A stretch of 64,000 bases of DNA, taken from positions 3,637 to 67,636 of the forward strand of contig JAFYAI010000036.1 of assembly GCA_017540815.1 (NCBI GenBank). The letters are read 5' to 3'. Shown in pieces: positions 45,939 to 55,727 of the stretch. This stretch comes from Spirochaetales bacterium. GTDB taxonomy: Bacteria > Spirochaetota > GWE2-31-10 > MWDO01. The translations under genes were made by a program, and so were the position numbers. Under the pieces are notes generated by a model that saw nothing but the letters and a program-made list of their open reading frames with translations, was not told the origin of the DNA and did not search any database. Each line of letters begins with the position of its first letter. Position 1 is the stretch's first letter.

Positions 45939-48551
45939 ATGGATACGAAGACTGACTTCATCGTCAATGACGAAGAAACATTGAAACAGAAAATGGCTGC
46001 GGTGCGTGAGGCACAGAAAAAGTTTGCAACTTATACGCAGGAACAGGTCGATAAGATCTTCCTTGCGGCAGCATTGGCAGCAAATAAAGCCCGCATTCCA
46101 CTGGCTAAGATGGCAGTGGAAGAGACCGGCATGGGAGTTGTGGAAGACAAGGTGATTAAAAATCACTACGCTTCGGAGTATATCTATAATGCTTACCGCA
46201 ATACCAAGACTTGCGGCATTATTGAGCAGGACGAGGCTGCAGGTATTACCAGGATAGCCGAGCCGATAGGCGTGTTGGCTGCTGTTATTCCGACGACTAA
46301 TCCGACTTCGACGGCGATATTCAAGTCGCTTATCTCGCTTAAGACCCGCAACGGTCTGATATTCAGTCCGCATCCGCGTGCCAAGAAGTCTACTATCGCC
46401 GCAGCAAAAGTTGTCCTCGATGCGGCAGTTGCAGTCGGTGCTCCGCAGGATATTATCGGCTGGATAGATGAGCCGAGCGTGCAGCTGTCTGCACTTATAA
46501 TGAAAGAAGCCGATATGACGCTGGCAACAGGCGGTCCGGGAATGGTTAAAGCGGCTTATTCGTCGGGCAAACCGGCTGTAGGTGTCGGTGCAGGCAATAC
46601 TCCTGCGATAATCGACTCTACGGCGGATATTAAGATGGCAGCAAGCGGCGTTCTCCTGTCTAAGACATTCGATAACGGTATGATCTGTGCTTCGGAGCAG
46701 TCGGTTATCGTGCTTGCCGATGTATATGACGCATTCAAGAAAGAATTCGCCGCACGGGGAGCATATTTCCTCACACCGGAAGAGACCGACAAAGTTCGCA
46801 AGACGATTATCATTAACGGTGCATTGAATGCGAAGATAGTCGGACAGTCTGCCAATAAGATTGCCAATCTTGCAGGATTTGACGCACCTGCCGGAGCAAA
46901 AGTTCTCGTCGGCGAAGTGGAAAGTGTAGATCTGTCGGAAGAGTTCGCTCATGAGAAGTTAAGCCCGGTTCTTGCGATGTATAAAGCAAAAGACTTCGAT
47001 GATGCTATTGCCAAAGCAGGTCAGCTCATTGCTGACGGCGGTTACGGTCACACTTCTGCAATATATCTCAATGAAAAAACAGAGCAAGACAAACTCGCCA
47101 AGTGGAGTGCGGCAATGAAGACCTGCCGATGTTTGATTAACTGTCCGACTTCACACGGCGGTATCGGTGATCTGTTCAACTTCCGCCTTACTCCGTCACT
47201 TACTCTGGGATGCGGCTCGTGGGGCGGCAACAGTGTCAGTGAGAATGTCGGCGTAAAACATCTGTTAAATATTAAATCAGTTGCAGCAAGGAGGGAAAAC
47301 ATGCTGTGGTTTAGAGCACCTGAGAAGGTATATTTCAAGCGGGGCAGCCTTGATGTTGCTCTGTCCGAACTGAAGAATGTCATGAATAAGAAAAAAGCAT
47401 TTGTAGTGACAGACGAGTTTCTCTTCAACAGCGGTATGAGCAAAGTCATCACTGACAAACTCGACAGTATGGGCATAATGAATGCGACATTCTTCAAAGT
47501 TGCTCCGGATCCGACTCTTGCCTGTGCCAAAGAAGGTGTTGCACAGATGAGTGCATTCGCTCCTGATGTGATCATCGCACTGGGTGGCGGCTCGGCAATG
47601 GATGCAGCGAAAATCATGTGGGTTCTCTATGAACACCCGGAAGCAGACTTCCTTGATATGGCTATGCGGTTTATGGATATACGCAAGCGTGTCTACACAT
47701 TCCCGAAGATGGGTGAGAAAGCGTACTTCATCGCAGTGCCGACTACTGCCGGAACAGGCTCGGAAGTTACACCGTTTGCAGTTATTACAGACGAGACGAC
47801 AGGTACGAAATATCCGCTTGCAGACTATGAACTGATGCCTGATATGGCGATCGTAGATGCCAATCTGATGGACAACCAGCCGAAGGGATTGACAAGCAAC
47901 TCCGGTATCGATGTCCTGACTCACGCTCTGGAAGCGATCGCTTCGGTAATGGCGAGCGACTATACAAACGGCATTGCCAAAGAAGCTGCTAAACTTGTAT
48001 TTGAGTATCTGCCGCGTGCTTATCAGAATGGTGCAGCCGATCCCGAGGCTCGTGAGAAGATGGCTAACGCATCATGTCTTGCAGGTATGGCATTCGCTAA
48101 CGCATTCTTAGGTGTATGTCACTCAATGGCTCACAAGCTCGGTGCATATCACCACTTGCCGCACGGTATGGCCAACGCTCTCTTGCTTGACGAGGTGATC
48201 AGATTCAATGCAAGTGAAGTTCCTGCCAAGATGGGGACATTCTCACAGTATAAGTATCCTGATGCTTTGCGACGCTATGCTGATGTGGCTGCGTATGTCG
48301 GCTGCGAAGGCAAGAATGACGAAGCAAAAGTTGAAGCTCTTATCAAGAAGATTGATGAGCTGCGAAAAGTTATCGGTCAGCCGATGACGATTAAGGAAGC
48401 CGGTGTTGACGAGAAGAAATTCCTGGAGACACTGGATAAAATGACGGAAGACGCATTCGACGATCAGTGTACAGGTGCTAATCCGCGTTATCCGCTTATG
48501 GCTGAGATCAAGCAGATGTATCTCAACTCATACTACGGCAAAAAGCAGTAA
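45939..48551 (+). CDS. adhE: Bifunctional acetaldehyde-CoA / alcohol dehydrogenase AdhE
   Basis: 870 aa. N-terminal ALDH domain and C-terminal Fe-ADH domain (GGGSAMDAAK, HxxxH motifs). GGAG RBS before ATG 45939. Confidence 0.9.
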   Translation: MDTKTDFIVNDEETLKQKMAAVREAQKKFATYTQEQVDKIFLAAALAANKARIPLAKMAVEETGMGVVEDKVIKNHYASEYIYNAYRNTKTCGIIEQDEAAGITRIAEPIGVLAAVIPTTNPTSTAIFKSLISLKTRNGLIFSPHPRAKKSTIAAAKVVLDAAVAVGAPQDIIGWIDEPSVQLSALIMKEADMTLATGGPGMVKAAYSSGKPAVGVGAGNTPAIIDSTADIKMAASGVLLSKTFDNGMICASEQSVIVLADVYDAFKKEFAARGAYFLTPEETDKVRKTIIINGALNAKIVGQSANKIANLAGFDAPAGAKVLVGEVESVDLSEEFAHEKLSPVLAMYKAKDFDDAIAKAGQLIADGGYGHTSAIYLNEKTEQDKLAKWSAAMKTCRCLINCPTSHGGIGDLFNFRLTPSLTLGCGSWGGNSVSENVGVKHLLNIKSVAARRENMLWFRAPEKVYFKRGSLDVALSELKNVMNKKKAFVVTDEFLFNSGMSKVITDKLDSMGIMNATFFKVAPDPTLACAKEGVAQMSAFAPDVIIALGGGSAMDAAKIMWVLYEHPEADFLDMAMRFMDIRKRVYTFPKMGEKAYFIAVPTTAGTGSEVTPFAVITDETTGTKYPLADYELMPDMAIVDANLMDNQPKGLTSNSGIDVLTHALEAIASVMASDYTNGIAKEAAKLVFEYLPRAYQNGAADPEAREKMANASCLAGMAFANAFLGVCHSMAHKLGAYHHLPHGMANALLLDEVIRFNASEVPAKMGTFSQYKYPDALRRYADVAAYVGCEGKNDEAKVEALIKKIDELRKVIGQPMTIKEAGVDEKKFLETLDKMTEDAFDDQCTGANPRYPLMAEIKQMYLNSYYGKKQ

Positions 48552-48561
48552 GGAGGACAAA

Positions 48562-49308
48562 ATGCAGTTAAACAATATTATCTCTCAGAGAACAAATAAG
48601 ACGATATACCGTGACGGCGACTTATGTATCAAGTTATTCAACGAAGACTACTCCAAGTCAGATGTTCTGAATGAGGCTCTCAATCAGGCCCGTGTCGAAG
48701 AGACCGGTCTTAACATTCCTAAGATCGTCGAAGTTACCAAGATTGACGGCAAGTGGGCGATCATACTTGAATACATCGAAGGCGTAACTCTTGACAAGCT
48801 GATGAATGACAATCCTGACAAACTCGACGAGTATCTTAATCAGTTCGTCGATCTGCAGCTTCAGATGCACACTAAGCGTTGTCCGCTGCTCAACAAGTGG
48901 AAAGACAAGATGAACCGCAAGATCAGTTCTACTAACCTTGAGGCAACAATCCGCTATGAGCTGCACATTCGCACCGATGCTATGCCCAAGAGCAGCTGCC
49001 TCTGCCACGGTGACTACAATCCGAGCAATATCATCATCGGCAGCGACGGCAAGTCATACATCATTGACTGGGCTCATGCTACGCAGGGCAATCCTGAGTC
49101 TGATGCTGCCCGCACATATCTGCTCTTCGCTATGAAGGACATGAACCTCGCCGAGAAATACATCGAGCTGTTCTGTAAGAAGTCAGACACTGCCCGACAG
49201 TGGATTCAGAAATGTCTGCCGATCGTTGCGGCAAGTCAGTCTGTTAAAGGCCGACCTGAGGAGCGGGAGTTCCTGCTGAAATGGGTTGATGTTGTGGATT
49301 TTGAGTAA
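48562..49308 (+). CDS. Aminoglycoside-phosphotransferase/choline-kinase-like (APH family) small-molecule kinase
   Basis: CHGDYNPSNIII (HGD catalytic loop) and IIDWAHA (metal-binding D) motifs. AGGAGG RBS before ATG 48562. Confidence 0.6.
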   Translation: MQLNNIISQRTNKTIYRDGDLCIKLFNEDYSKSDVLNEALNQARVEETGLNIPKIVEVTKIDGKWAIILEYIEGVTLDKLMNDNPDKLDEYLNQFVDLQLQMHTKRCPLLNKWKDKMNRKISSTNLEATIRYELHIRTDAMPKSSCLCHGDYNPSNIIIGSDGKSYIIDWAHATQGNPESDAARTYLLFAMKDMNLAEKYIELFCKKSDTARQWIQKCLPIVAASQSVKGRPEEREFLLKWVDVVDFE

Positions 49309-49316
49309 AATGGTGA

Positions 49317-49355
49317 AACAAAAAACAAGGGACATATTGTCCCTTGTTTTTTGTG
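49317..49355. terminator. Bidirectional terminator
   Basis: aaacaaaaaacaagggacatattgtcccttgttttttgtg. Confidence 0.8.
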
Positions 49356-49366
49356 CGTTCAGATTT

Positions 49367-50296
49367 TTATATTCTTGTTGATACATATAGTCCGAGCTGT
49401 TTGTCTTTGTAATTATACGAAACGGATAGTGAACTTTGCATTAAAAAAGTTGTAAATTTGTTTTTCCTAATGGTATTATATATCCCATGAAGACAGTATG
49501 CTGTGTAATACGGACATGCAGAACATATCATAACAGCAAGTCCTGGGAATATCCCGGCAAATATACCGGCAACAATCATACCATCGTATGCGTCACTGTT
49601 CCCTGTTGCATTATGGACAGCATCTGCGAATCCCATTGCGATACCGCCTCCGCCTATAATTGCCATCCCAAGCATAATCATAACTGTTCCACCGGCAATA
49701 AAAGCGTTGCGTTTGTGTAAAACAGGAATTGGATCATCAGTTTTAAGTTTCCATTTATAGAAATTATTTTGGATAAATACGGTTTCGGAATTTGTAAAGC
49801 CAGGTAAGTTTGTAGATATTCTTGGTTTTAATGAAGATGATATTGTTCTTGCAATCTTCTCTACGGATGTTAAAATCTCTGATTGTGATGAGACAGTATC
49901 TCTTTCAGCGAATACTGCTACACCGGTAGCAACATCAATTCCTCGAACTGTTATGACTAATTGATTCTGAATTTCAGTAATAGAACCGCTTATGACATAA
50001 ACAGCACCTGTAAGCTTGCCTATCTCAACTGCGTTGTCAGAATCAAATTCGTCGTTATTTTGTAAATGCAGTTCATCCGTAATGAGTTTCAGATTTGCCC
50101 GTTCTGTTACAGTAAAGTAGTTATCTTTAATCATCTGTGTCATAAATATCTCTTGCGATGTTTCTGCATATACCTCATTGATGTTGCCTTCCAAAGTAAA
50201 CGGCAAAACAGCAACCGGTTGACCTTTTAAGTTTTTTTTTATCAATAGAGTTTAATAATGATATTGATAACAGTGAAATAATAATGATGAATTGAA
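49367..50296 (-). pseudogene. CsgG/LpoB-like secreted plus membrane protein (paralog of 28374-29324), frameshifted at a poly(A)9 tract between signal peptide and mature domain
   Basis: On the minus strand, AGGGGA RBS and ATG at 50296 encode MKKIQFIIIISLLSISLLNSIDKKK. After the A9 run (plus-strand T9 at 50232-50240) the conserved domain (KNLKGQPVAVLPF...) continues in the -1 frame. Removing one A would fuse them. Confidence 0.5.
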
Positions 50297-50340
50297 TTTT
50301 TTTCATAATGGTCCCCTAAAATTTATTTTTTTGAATTATA

Positions 50341-51996
50341 TTAATACAGTTTAACAGACTTAAGATCCAAAAAGCATTTTTTTGCATAGTTTATTGTATT
50401 TTCAATAGAATGCTTATCGCTCCTAGTTTTTGGAGTCGTTACAGAGTAACGAGAATCACCACATAGGAACATTTCATTGTGATTAGCAGTTCTTTCAAGT
50501 TCAAAGCCGCATTTTTCTAACAACTTTACACAATCTTTGTCTGTTTGTGGTATTTTATCTAATTCTTGAAGGCGTTTATATGTGTCAGATTGTAAAAAAT
50601 CAAAATCAGGATTATTGTCAAATATAGATTTTAATACATGATAAATACGAATAAAACCTTTTTCGTCTTTTTTAGTTCCGCCATTGTACTTTTCATAGCT
50701 TTTTGCTACATTGTAGATTAATCCTTTAACAAAATTTTCGATTTCATTAGGATAAAGAGAATGTTCAGAACATTTGATAAAGATGTTGATGTCTTGATTG
50801 CCATCTCTTTTCTTTTCAAATGCTATTTTATAAGTATTCAGTTTTTCATTTTCTTTTATAAGTTCGTTTATCTTATTTTGTTTTTCCTGTATTTCATAAT
50901 CGAATGTTTTAGGATATTCATCAAATTCGTTTTTGAGATTTTCTAAATCTCGTGTGCGTTTATCTAATTCTTGCTGTATGTTTTCTTTTTCTGCTTTTTC
51001 AGCATTAAGTTCTTGTCTTAGATTTTCGATTAGTTGATCTTTCGTTGTAAGTTTTTCTTCTAATTCGTCAAGTTTCGTTTGCAGATTCTTTTTCTCTTTT
51101 TCTGAGTTGGCAAGTTTAATACTTTTGGCAATATCCTGTATGATTGTCTGAAATGTAATCTTAGCAACTTGTTTTGTAATCGTTTCTGTCTGTGATTTTA
51201 TCTTTTCACTTACTTTTTGCAGATATGGCATTACCATCCCATACCATGTGAAATGTTCATCTCTTGGAATCAGTATGGATAATTTGGAAATTCTATAGAA
51301 ATATTCATAATCTCTAACATTTGCCGGAGCTATAATTGTGCGTTTGTTCCCATAATAGATACCAACAGCGCCGTTATAGGCTGCCCTTCCTCCTGTCAGG
51401 TCTGATAGTGTTTCCGATACAGAATAGTCTGTTTCCTTATAAACGACGGCAATACCAAATAATTCTTCTGCGAGTTTATTTGGATTCAGTAAATATTCAT
51501 TATCTTTTGTTTCGCTTATATATACAACGGGAAGATTATGAATTTTTCCTTTCTGGCAGATTAGATTTGCAAGAACTGTATTGTTTGTTTCCGAATGAGC
51601 TGTCTTGGCATAAATATCCTTATCAAGAAACTGTTCTAAATATTCAAAGATTTTAGGACGGGAAATTTTTCTTTGCTGATTGTCTGTTCTTTCAATCTCT
51701 ATAGTAAAATTGCAGTCAGATCTTTGTATGTCAAAACAGATAGAAGTAATGACTGCACCTTCCTGTAATCTGAATGCAAATGATGTCTCGTTAGGTTTAT
51801 AGACGGATAATACGGTTTTGCTGTCTTTTTGCTCTGTTATGGAAGAAGAGAGTTTCTCGAAAGGGTGTTCGTTAAACCACTCTCGGAGTACAAGAGAAGT
51901 ATTTTTAGATTGTTTACGCCATTGAGATATAGCAGACCAGACTGCTTTTGCTGATACTTTATTCTTTAATGTAAGCTGTGAACGCAAAACTATCAT
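50341..51996 (-). CDS. Large hypothetical protein with central coiled coil and C-terminal HicA-like (YcfA/dsRBD-like) domain, in a low-GC islet
   Basis: C-terminal LLEKCGFELERTANHNEMF...RYSVTTPKTRSDKHSIENTINYAKKCFL aligns to the HicA pattern LLEKnGFvlvR.kGSH...T.P.H...i..gtl..IlKqaGL. Coiled-coil KLDELEEKLTTKDQLIENLRQELNAEKAEKENIQQELDKRTRDLENLKNEFDE. Confidence 0.45.
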   Translation of the reverse strand: MIVLRSQLTLKNKVSAKAVWSAISQWRKQSKNTSLVLREWFNEHPFEKLSSSITEQKDSKTVLSVYKPNETSFAFRLQEGAVITSICFDIQRSDCNFTIEIERTDNQQRKISRPKIFEYLEQFLDKDIYAKTAHSETNNTVLANLICQKGKIHNLPVVYISETKDNEYLLNPNKLAEELFGIAVVYKETDYSVSETLSDLTGGRAAYNGAVGIYYGNKRTIIAPANVRDYEYFYRISKLSILIPRDEHFTWYGMVMPYLQKVSEKIKSQTETITKQVAKITFQTIIQDIAKSIKLANSEKEKKNLQTKLDELEEKLTTKDQLIENLRQELNAEKAEKENIQQELDKRTRDLENLKNEFDEYPKTFDYEIQEKQNKINELIKENEKLNTYKIAFEKKRDGNQDINIFIKCSEHSLYPNEIENFVKGLIYNVAKSYEKYNGGTKKDEKGFIRIYHVLKSIFDNNPDFDFLQSDTYKRLQELDKIPQTDKDCVKLLEKCGFELERTANHNEMFLCGDSRYSVTTPKTRSDKHSIENTINYAKKCFLDLKSVKLY

Positions 51997-52025
51997 ATTA
52001 TACTTCTCCTTTATATACTCTGCAT

Positions 52026-52856
52026 TTAATCTGTAATCTTAAATGCAGAAACCGTTCCGTCATTATCATTCTTTTCAATATCTGCGATTTTACCGGTTAT
52101 GGTTACTTTTTTGCCGGCATCCGCATCAAGCATAGCATCATTATTGGAGTAATATGTAATAGGAATTGCAATCTCACCTGTTGACTGATTGGCTGTTCCG
52201 ACAGTTCCTGTTACTTTATACAGATAGTCCTCATTATCGCTTTCTTCAAGAGATGTAACTGTTACTTCCAGTTTCGCAGTTCTTCCGATAACATTGTTTC
52301 GTTTGAAGAAAGTCTTTACCCAAAGAGCATTTTTTGTTTTGGACAGCCCGTATAAGAACTGTACATCAGTCAAGGCAGAGTTGATATATTCATTATATTT
52401 TGCATCAGGTTCGGAGAGATAATTAGTTAGAATGCCTTTTGCCTGCTTAATCCAATCCCATGCATAGTTTGATTTTGTTCCATCAGACCACGATTGCAAT
52501 ACTTTATAATCATAACTGGCATGTGCGTTTTTAAAATTATCTGATAAATTTATGGTAATTGTACCATCATCTTTTTTTACTATGGTTGCATAATCCCAAA
52601 TATTAACACGATGTACATAATATCCTCTTATAGAACCACCTTCCCATCGCTGATAATTCAATCGGACATCTCTAAGAATATAAGTCTCTTCTCCTTTTCC
52701 GTTTACAGATATATCCGCACTCTCCAAATATCCATAATGTTCCTGACAATACTGATGGATTGCTCCGAAAAGCTGCCGACCATCAGGAACTGTTTGTGCA
52801 TTGATATATAAAGCACACAAACTCAGAATATAAGCGATAATAATTGATTTTTTCAT
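52026..52856 (-). CDS. Secreted hypothetical protein (signal peptide), co-operonic and upstream of ORF 50341-51996
   Basis: MKKSIIIAYILSLCALYINAQ signal peptide; 29-bp gap to the downstream gene. Confidence 0.4.
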   Translation of the reverse strand: MKKSIIIAYILSLCALYINAQTVPDGRQLFGAIHQYCQEHYGYLESADISVNGKGEETYILRDVRLNYQRWEGGSIRGYYVHRVNIWDYATIVKKDDGTITINLSDNFKNAHASYDYKVLQSWSDGTKSNYAWDWIKQAKGILTNYLSEPDAKYNEYINSALTDVQFLYGLSKTKNALWVKTFFKRNNVIGRTAKLEVTVTSLEESDNEDYLYKVTGTVGTANQSTGEIAIPITYYSNNDAMLDADAGKKVTITGKIADIEKNDNDGTVSAFKITD

Positions 52857-53067
52857 TTTAATCTCCTTAATTTAATTATAAAAAAGTGAATCATTATAAA
52901 AAAAAAGTTGTTCTGTCAATACTTAAAGCAAAAATTTTTGAAAAATTTATACTATTTATATATGAGCTTTTTTGAAAATTGCCTAAAAAAATCTGTAAAT
53001 TTCTGTTGAATTTTCTGTTTTTTTTGTTATAATAAATATAATTAAATATTTATATAAGGGAGACGAT

Positions 53068-53904
53068 TTGAGCAGCGATGGTATATTAGGGAAGTGGTTC
53101 TCTAAAAAGAATGTAAAGGAAAGTGAATCTTTGTCAGAGGCGGTTAAGGACGCTCAGGCATCGATCAGTGAATACAGCGAAAAGATGATAAGGAATATCA
53201 TCGAATTGGAAAGTATAACAGCGAAAGAGATTATGGTGCCGCGTGTAGATGTGGTTTATCTTGATGTTCGCAGTGACATTGATGAGATTATTAAGATTGT
53301 TGATGCGAAAGGCCGCACTCGGCTGCCTGTTTATGACGGCAATCTCGACAATATAATAGGCATCCTGCATGCCAAGGATCTGTTGAAATACTTTAATAAA
53401 GAAGAAAAATTTGACCTGTCTAAGAATCTGAGGACGGCATACTTTGTGCCTGAGTCCAAACTGATCGGAGATCTGCTTGTCGAGCTTCGCGAGAAGCGGA
53501 TACATCTGGCTGTCGTTGTCGATGAATACGGCGGGATGAGCGGCATCGTCTGTCTGGAAGACATTATCGAGAAGATAGTCGGCGAGATACAGGATGAGTT
53601 CGACAATGAGACAGATGAAGTAATCGAGATAGGCAATGATCAGTATTTGGTTGATCCGCACATTTCTGTCGAAGATCTTAACGAGCGGTTGGGTCTTAGC
53701 CTGCCGGAAGATGAGGTAGACACTCTCGGTGGTCTGATATACGCATTCTTCGGACGCATCCCGATTAAGAATGAGTCGATCATCCATGATAATATCAAAT
53801 ATACGATAAACTCTATCGCAGGACGCAAACTTAAGCGCGTCAAACTTGAACTGCTGCATAATGATAAAGCCGACAAGGCGAAGGATGATAATGATGAGAA
53901 GTGA
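53068..53904 (+). CDS. CBS-pair plus CorC/HlyC transporter-associated domain protein (TlyC/CorC family, lacking the DUF21 membrane domain); TTG start
   Basis: AGGGAG RBS before [20 protein letters not shown]...[13 protein letters not shown] pair. C-terminal CorC_HlyC-like region. Confidence 0.65.
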   Translation: MSSDGILGKWFSKKNVKESESLSEAVKDAQASISEYSEKMIRNIIELESITAKEIMVPRVDVVYLDVRSDIDEIIKIVDAKGRTRLPVYDGNLDNIIGILHAKDLLKYFNKEEKFDLSKNLRTAYFVPESKLIGDLLVELREKRIHLAVVVDEYGGMSGIVCLEDIIEKIVGEIQDEFDNETDEVIEIGNDQYLVDPHISVEDLNERLGLSLPEDEVDTLGGLIYAFFGRIPIKNESIIHDNIKYTINSIAGRKLKRVKLELLHNDKADKAKDDNDEK

Positions 53905-55579
53905 CAATGTAAAATTAGGAGTGCAGCGAGCACCCCACAGATCGCTTTTTTATGCGATGGGCTATACTAAGGAAGAGTTGGACAGACCGCTTATTGGCGT
54001 TTGCTGTGCCAAGAATGAGATTATACCGGGACATATAGAGCTGGACAGGATAGCTGAGGCTGTCAAAGCCGGCATACGGCTATCAGGCGGCACTCCGATT
54101 GAGTTCCCTGCGATAGGAGTCTGCGACGGTATAGCGATGGGGCATGAGGGAATGAAGTATTCTCTAGTTACGCGGGAGCTTATCGCTGACTCTATAGAAT
54201 GTATGGCTAAGGCTCATCAATTCGACGGACTTGTTATGATCCCCAACTGTGACAAGATAGTTCCGGGGATGCTTATGGCAGCAGCAAGGCTCGATCTGCC
54301 TACTGTATTTGTGTCGGGCGGACCTATGATGCCGGGACATTTGCCAGAGCGTAACGAGGATAATATCTACTCTGATAAAAATCTCAGTCTCACTGATATG
54401 TTCGAGGCTGTCGGAGCATTGGCTGCAGGGCGGATTACAGAGCAGCAGCTGACCGAGATGGAAGAGACCGCCTGTCCGGGATGCGGAGCATGCTCCGGTA
54501 TGTTTACTGCCAACTCGATGAACTGTCTGACCGAGGCACTCGGGCTCGGACTGCCGGGCAACGGCACTATCCCTGCTGTAACAGGCCGCAGAATATCACT
54601 GGCGAAGCATGCCGGTATGCAGGTAATGGAGATGTTCAATCGAGGCATCACTGCCCGGCAGATGATGACGATGGAGAACTTCAAGAATGCTCTGGCTGCC
54701 GATATGGCACTTGGCTGCTCGTCGAATACTATCCTGCATGTCCCTGCGATCGCTCACGAAGCAGGATTGTCTATAGATCTCAATATGATTAATCAGATAA
54801 GCAACCGCACTCCTAATCTGTGCCACCTTGCTCCTGCAGGTCACACATTTATGTGTCAGCTTGATGATGCAGGCGGCGTGCAGGCGGTTTATGCTGAGCT
54901 TGCGAAGAAGAATCTCATCAATACAAGCCTTATCACCGTTACGGGCAAGACTATCGCCGAGAATATAGCAGGTGTGCGAAACCGCAATACAAATATTATA
55001 CGCCCGATCGAAGATCCGTATTCCGATAATGGCGGCATTGCAATCCTTTTCGGCAATCTTGCTCCGAATGGAACTGTTGTCAAGCGATCCGCTTGTGCGG
55101 CTGAACTTATGCACCACACAGGTCCGGCTAAAGTATTCAATGATGAAGAGTCGGCGATGGCTGCAGTGCAGTCACAGAAGATCAAGCCCGGAGATGTAGT
55201 GGTTATCCGCTACGAAGGACCGAAAGGCGGTCCGGGAATGAGAGAGATGCTCGCTGTAACAGGAGCATTGGCAGGTCAGGGGCTTGATAAGCAGGTTGCT
55301 CTTATTACAGACGGACGGTTCAGCGGGGCGACTCGCGGTGCGTCACTCGGACACTGTTCGCCTGAGGCTGCTGACGGCGGTCCTATTGCTTTCGTGCAGG
55401 ATGGAGATATGATCGAGCTGGATATTAATAACTACAAGATCACTTTGCATGTATCTGATGAAGAACTTGTCCGCCGTAAGTCTGAGTGGAAACCGCTTCC
55501 GCCGAAAGTCACAAGCGGTTATCTTGCCAGATATGCAAAACTTGTATCAAGTGCCGATAAAGGTGCGATATTGGAATAA
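53894..55579 (+). CDS. ilvD: Dihydroxy-acid dehydratase
   Basis: [42 protein letters not shown], and SGATRG/ C-terminal motifs colinear with IlvD. Confidence 0.9.
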   Translation: MRSDNVKLGVQRAPHRSLFYAMGYTKEELDRPLIGVCCAKNEIIPGHIELDRIAEAVKAGIRLSGGTPIEFPAIGVCDGIAMGHEGMKYSLVTRELIADSIECMAKAHQFDGLVMIPNCDKIVPGMLMAAARLDLPTVFVSGGPMMPGHLPERNEDNIYSDKNLSLTDMFEAVGALAAGRITEQQLTEMEETACPGCGACSGMFTANSMNCLTEALGLGLPGNGTIPAVTGRRISLAKHAGMQVMEMFNRGITARQMMTMENFKNALAADMALGCSSNTILHVPAIAHEAGLSIDLNMINQISNRTPNLCHLAPAGHTFMCQLDDAGGVQAVYAELAKKNLINTSLITVTGKTIAENIAGVRNRNTNIIRPIEDPYSDNGGIAILFGNLAPNGTVVKRSACAAELMHHTGPAKVFNDEESAMAAVQSQKIKPGDVVVIRYEGPKGGPGMREMLAVTGALAGQGLDKQVALITDGRFSGATRGASLGHCSPEAADGGPIAFVQDGDMIELDINNYKITLHVSDEELVRRKSEWKPLPPKVTSGYLARYAKLVSSADKGAILE

Positions 55580-55584
55580 ACAAA

Positions 55585-55622
55585 AAAGTGTCTGCTTAAC
55601 GCAGACACTTTTTTGTTTATTC
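55585..55622 (+). terminator. Rho-independent terminator
   Basis: aaaaaagtgtctgc ttaac gcagacacttttttgttt. Confidence 0.85.
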
Positions 55623-55727
55623 CAATCAACTGGTTTTATGCAGTTCCGAATAATCATAAATATTCCTTGCAAAATCCTGAAAAATTTTATATAATATAGT
55701 TGTCATTTTTATAAATAATTATCGTTT

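Noticed and set aside
48475-48561. Upstream extension of the APH-like kinase ORF overlapping the adhE 3' end
   Set aside because: AGGAGG RBS and ATG at 48562 directly after the adhE stop; the extension has no RBS and overlaps adhE coding.
53846-53893. Longer ilvD start ([17 protein letters not shown]...) overlapping the CBS/CorC gene
   Set aside because: IlvD homologs begin close to the RAPHRSL motif. The extension would overlap 50 nt of the upstream gene without an RBS, so the start at about 53885-53894 is preferred.
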